Positions 37,008-40,000 of a stretch of DNA of 40,000 bases are shown piece by piece. Both the position numbers and the translations under genes were made by a program. The notes under the pieces were generated by a model. That model was not told where the DNA came from. It did no database searches and worked only from the letters and a program-made list of their open reading frames with translations. The DNA lies in sequence record MK552327.1; one strand, 5' to 3'. Every line of letters begins with the position of its first letter. Positions within the stretch are counted from its first letter, which is position 1. The DNA comes from Pseudomonas phage Psa21.

Positions 37008-37077
37008 TAACATAGTATCTAACCCTGAGTAATTCCTAATTTTAGTAAAGATCAACTTGTAACGCAACACTATGTTA
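37008..37077. promoter_or_regulatory. candidate divergent late promoters (TATG type)
   Basis: ACTATGTTA on plus (37069-37077) and its exact reverse complement TAACATAGT (37008-37016), each 28-36 nt from divergent starts at 37105 and 36972. Confidence 0.5.
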
Positions 37078-37104
37078 CTAAAATCAAAGGAAGAGGGCTT
37101 TTTA

Positions 37105-37965
37105 ATGCAATTCATTATAGACAGTGTACTTACTCCACTGATCACAGAAGAGCGTAAGGAGATAATCCTTAGCTGTGTAGCATCACTGGAGTCACTGGAC
37201 TACCAGGCAGCACTGGATGAGCTCCACCAAGTAGTAGAGATGAAAGATGGCATGTGTGATAACGAGATGTTAGTATCTCGTATTGACGATGTAATCTGGA
37301 ATGCTCATGAAACAATATTCAAACAACATGAAGTAACAGTGTCAGCTGAAGCTACACAAGAAATTCGACAATCCATTGTCGAAGTACTTTCAAGTTTTGA
37401 TAAATACATTATCCCTGATCAACTACTGTTGTTGTTTGATGGGGATTTCATGTCAGAAGAAATCTTAGCCCATATGTGTCAACTCTTTACATCAGTAAAG
37501 ATGGATGAAGCATGGCCAGAGATTAAAGATGTCTCTCCTAACTTGATCAACACAATGCGTGAAGAGATCGAACGTCAAGTTCGTTATCGTGGTTTACAAG
37601 ATGCTGATGTAAGTCCTATTAGTCGTATTAAGATGATTAACGATTACATTCGTTTATTCCCAATTGAAACATTCTCTATGATGCTGGACTTGTCCCGTAG
37701 TGGGATTCGTGTAGGTGTTCGTGGTATTGATGAATTGGTAGAACAATCTCTTAATGGTCTTGATCAAAAAGAACCCGTACACGCAGCGTTAGAAATATTT
37801 GGTTTGTTGCTATTGTCCAATGTACCGGTAGAACAGATCCCTCGTAAGAGTCGTGATTTGTTGCAATCGTACACGGATGACAATATGTACTTTACCCAAA
37901 TGACAGAAGCGGTTAAACCGTTACTTGCTCTATTAGACAGGTATAAAGAAGATGCACATTCGTGA
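37105..37965 (+). CDS. hypothetical phage protein
   Basis: ATG 37105 (MQFIIDSVLTPLITEER...); the track start at 37072 overlaps the candidate promoter. Confidence 0.75.
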   Translation: MQFIIDSVLTPLITEERKEIILSCVASLESLDYQAALDELHQVVEMKDGMCDNEMLVSRIDDVIWNAHETIFKQHEVTVSAEATQEIRQSIVEVLSSFDKYIIPDQLLLLFDGDFMSEEILAHMCQLFTSVKMDEAWPEIKDVSPNLINTMREEIERQVRYRGLQDADVSPISRIKMINDYIRLFPIETFSMMLDLSRSGIRVGVRGIDELVEQSLNGLDQKEPVHAALEIFGLLLLSNVPVEQIPRKSRDLLQSYTDDNMYFTQMTEAVKPLLALLDRYKEDAHS

Positions 37966-39298
37966 TTACTTCATGCAAGGCCTTAGTCTAGGTCTGCATA
38001 TGAAACGTCAATGGATGAACTGTTTGTTCTCCATTGTTTACAACATGAATGAATTCGAACAACATTACGATTATCGTCTTTACAAAGATGAACAGGGTTT
38101 ATTTTTCTTTACCCCTGGATCTAATGATCAGAAAGAATACATTGATGAATACAAAGAAGATACAGCATTGCTGCACTTCCGGGATGAAATCGTATTACAA
38201 CCAAACGAGATAGCTAACTACAAAGGACCAGGTCCTTTAACCACTACTTACGGTAATGTGTTTGTTAACCATCTTTGTTTGATTCTTCCTTTTGGAGATA
38301 TCTTTCCGTTCCAAGCAGGGTTGTTTGATCTGAATAAGATCGAAGGTGAAATCCTTAAACGAATGATTGATGACCCTGAAGACAATGATGATCCTTTGCT
38401 TAAAGCCAGTAATGGAAAAATCTATGTTCGTCAGTACCTCATGTTTGCTGAACACATTCTTACCCTTCCTGCTTATTCTGATGGTATTGTAACAGCTACC
38501 ACCAAGAAGTCTTTGATGGCTTCCCCGGATCGAAATAAAGTTCGGGATAAATGGATTGCTGAAAACCCAGATCGTCTGACTGACCCAGCGGCAGTAGCTG
38601 AATTAAGTGGACTGCTAAAAGAAGTAGACGATGCTTACTTAGCGGGCGATGAATCGGAACAGTTCTACAAATCGAAGAAGAAACTAGAAGGGGCACGTAA
38701 GAAAGTTCACTACATGTTTGGTGCCGAGTCAGCGTTCTCTGACGGTACTAAAGTAGAACTGATTGCTAAGTCTCTGGAAGAAGGCATTGACATGGACAAG
38801 TTGCCTGTCATGTTTAACTCTCTTCGAGCTGGTTCGTATAACCGGGGTAAACAAACTGCACTGGGTGGTGAATCGACTAAAACAATTTATCGAATGGTAG
38901 GTACAGCCCGGATTGTAGAACAAGATTGTAATACCCACATTGGTATTCCTGTTGTACTGCATCCATATGTAGCTAAAGACCTAGTCGGTTACGGTATGGT
39001 TAAAGATGGTAAAACAACTATCCTTACTCCACAAATTCTTTCGTCTCTAATGGGTACCACTATTGAAGTACGTGGTCCAATGACATGTAAGACCGGACGA
39101 GATATCGATAAAGGAATTCTGGGTAAAGGTAAGAACATCTGTGCGGTTTGTGCAGGTTCTGCTTTGGCTGAAAACCCTAACGGTATTCCCGCAGCAGCAG
39201 CTGGTGTAGGTGGACGGTTTTTAAGCCTCTTTCTCGCAAAAATGCACGCAACTGTTCTACGGACAGTAGAATGGGAAATGGAAAAACGCATCACGTAA
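37952..39298 (+). CDS. second RNAP beta' C-terminal-like fragment (phiKZ virion RNAP gp80-like)
   Basis: EVRGPMTCKTGRDIDKGILGKGKNICAVCAGSALAENPNGIPAAAAGVGGRFLSLFLAKMHATV resembles CxxCYG..LA....G..VG..A..S...L..........H. Position after helicase fits gp80. Confidence 0.7.
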   Translation: MHIRDYFMQGLSLGLHMKRQWMNCLFSIVYNMNEFEQHYDYRLYKDEQGLFFFTPGSNDQKEYIDEYKEDTALLHFRDEIVLQPNEIANYKGPGPLTTTYGNVFVNHLCLILPFGDIFPFQAGLFDLNKIEGEILKRMIDDPEDNDDPLLKASNGKIYVRQYLMFAEHILTLPAYSDGIVTATTKKSLMASPDRNKVRDKWIAENPDRLTDPAAVAELSGLLKEVDDAYLAGDESEQFYKSKKKLEGARKKVHYMFGAESAFSDGTKVELIAKSLEEGIDMDKLPVMFNSLRAGSYNRGKQTALGGESTKTIYRMVGTARIVEQDCNTHIGIPVVLHPYVAKDLVGYGMVKDGKTTILTPQILSSLMGTTIEVRGPMTCKTGRDIDKGILGKGKNICAVCAGSALAENPNGIPAAAAGVGGRFLSLFLAKMHATVLRTVEWEMEKRIT

Positions 39299-39311
39299 AA
39301 TGTATACGACT

Positions 39312-39344
39312 AAGAGGCTTCGGCCTCTTGTATATTTTTTTTTG
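39312..39344 (+). terminator. TTCG-loop terminator
   Basis: AAGAGGC-TTCG-GCCTCTT-gtata-TTTTTTTTT. Confidence 0.9.
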
Positions 39345-39401
39345 ATCTTTATACCACAGTTCCTTATGTTTTGAACTATTGCCCAAGAGGACTTTTAATA
39401 A

Positions 39402-40000
39402 TGGCTAAGAAACGCCCAACGTTCCGCCCAGCTAATGAACCAATTCCAGCTACCCCAATTACTTCGGCTACCGCTGTAACTGCTGTACTAGAGAAGACAG
39501 AAGAAACCCCTACTACCCAACTAGGGGCTAATGATGAATGGCTACGTCAAGCTTTAGCTGATGTAAATGTAGATATTCAGAAACGTGATTTCTTTGAACA
39601 GTGGACTAATCAAGCTACTGACAATGGTCCATCAGAATCTAATAAAGCATTAACGTGGTTCATGAATGGCGACTTTGATCAGACTCATCGTTGGTTTGAA
39701 GCGTTGAATGATAAACCAGAAAGTTTGGTTTACGATATCTTTACCCCAGAAGAAACCCAAGGTGATTCGTTTGATTTTACTGATGTAACCATCGAAGCCG
39801 CAGTAAAGCAAATCATCGAAGAACATAAAAAGTTTTTGGTGTGGGAAGAAGAAAGTTATTTTCAAAAATCAGAATCTCAAGAAATGGAAGAAAGCATGAA
39901 CGATTCACAACCGGAGCAGACTAATGACACAACTACAGGCGGGGGTGATGTTGACCTCTCAGTGGAACAAACCGCTAATAGCGGCGATTCTAGCGTGGAA
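39402..40000 (+). CDS. hypothetical acidic protein, truncated at the window end
   Basis: ATG 39402 (MAKKRPTFRPANEPIPATPITS...) is open to the window edge with AAGAGGA upstream; absent from the supplied track. Confidence 0.75.

Noticed and set aside
1-40000. CRISPR arrays, toxin-antitoxin or retron-like systems
   Set aside because: No regularly spaced direct repeats, no reverse transcriptase motif and no recognisable TA pair were seen. The window is dominated by core phage genes.

Overview
The window looks like about 40 kb of a nucleus-forming (phiKZ-like) jumbo phage genome. Most calls rest on protein motifs visible in the ORF track and on gene order as I remember it for phiKZ; no database search was run. 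From left to right it holds: small hypothetical genes; the C-terminal part of a family-B DNA polymerase (motifs NNNSYSG and SDTDS); a COG3541/RlaP-type nucleotidyltransferase; a 634-aa protein that I call a candidate chimallin (ChmA, phage nucleus shell), because it sits directly upstream of an RNA polymerase beta' N-terminal fragment (NADFDGDQ) and downstream of a TATATTAC early-type promoter; an SbcD/Mre11-like nuclease; a Gly-rich SSB-like protein; a free-standing GIY-YIG endonuclease; a syntenic block that may encode the gp68-like subunit, a PicA/Imp1-like protein, the nvRNAP beta C-terminal part, the nvRNAP beta' C-terminal part and an SF2 helicase; five consecutive tiny two-TM proteins; three minus-strand genes; and a second RNAP beta'-like C-terminal fragment (vRNAP, gp80-like). 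The most interesting signals outside annotated genes are: (1) an H-type pseudoknot-like RNA at 10730-10809, just upstream of the candidate chmA promoter; (2) about 380 nt of non-coding but highly structured sequence at 12851-13230, just after it; (3) a recurrent promoter-like element (ATCTATAT/TATATTAC), including a 25-nt exact repeat and a separate 19-nt exact repeat; (4) the tandem cluster of five tiny membrane proteins at 32887-34016, with its own early-type promoter; (5) several small genes missed by the supplied ORF track.
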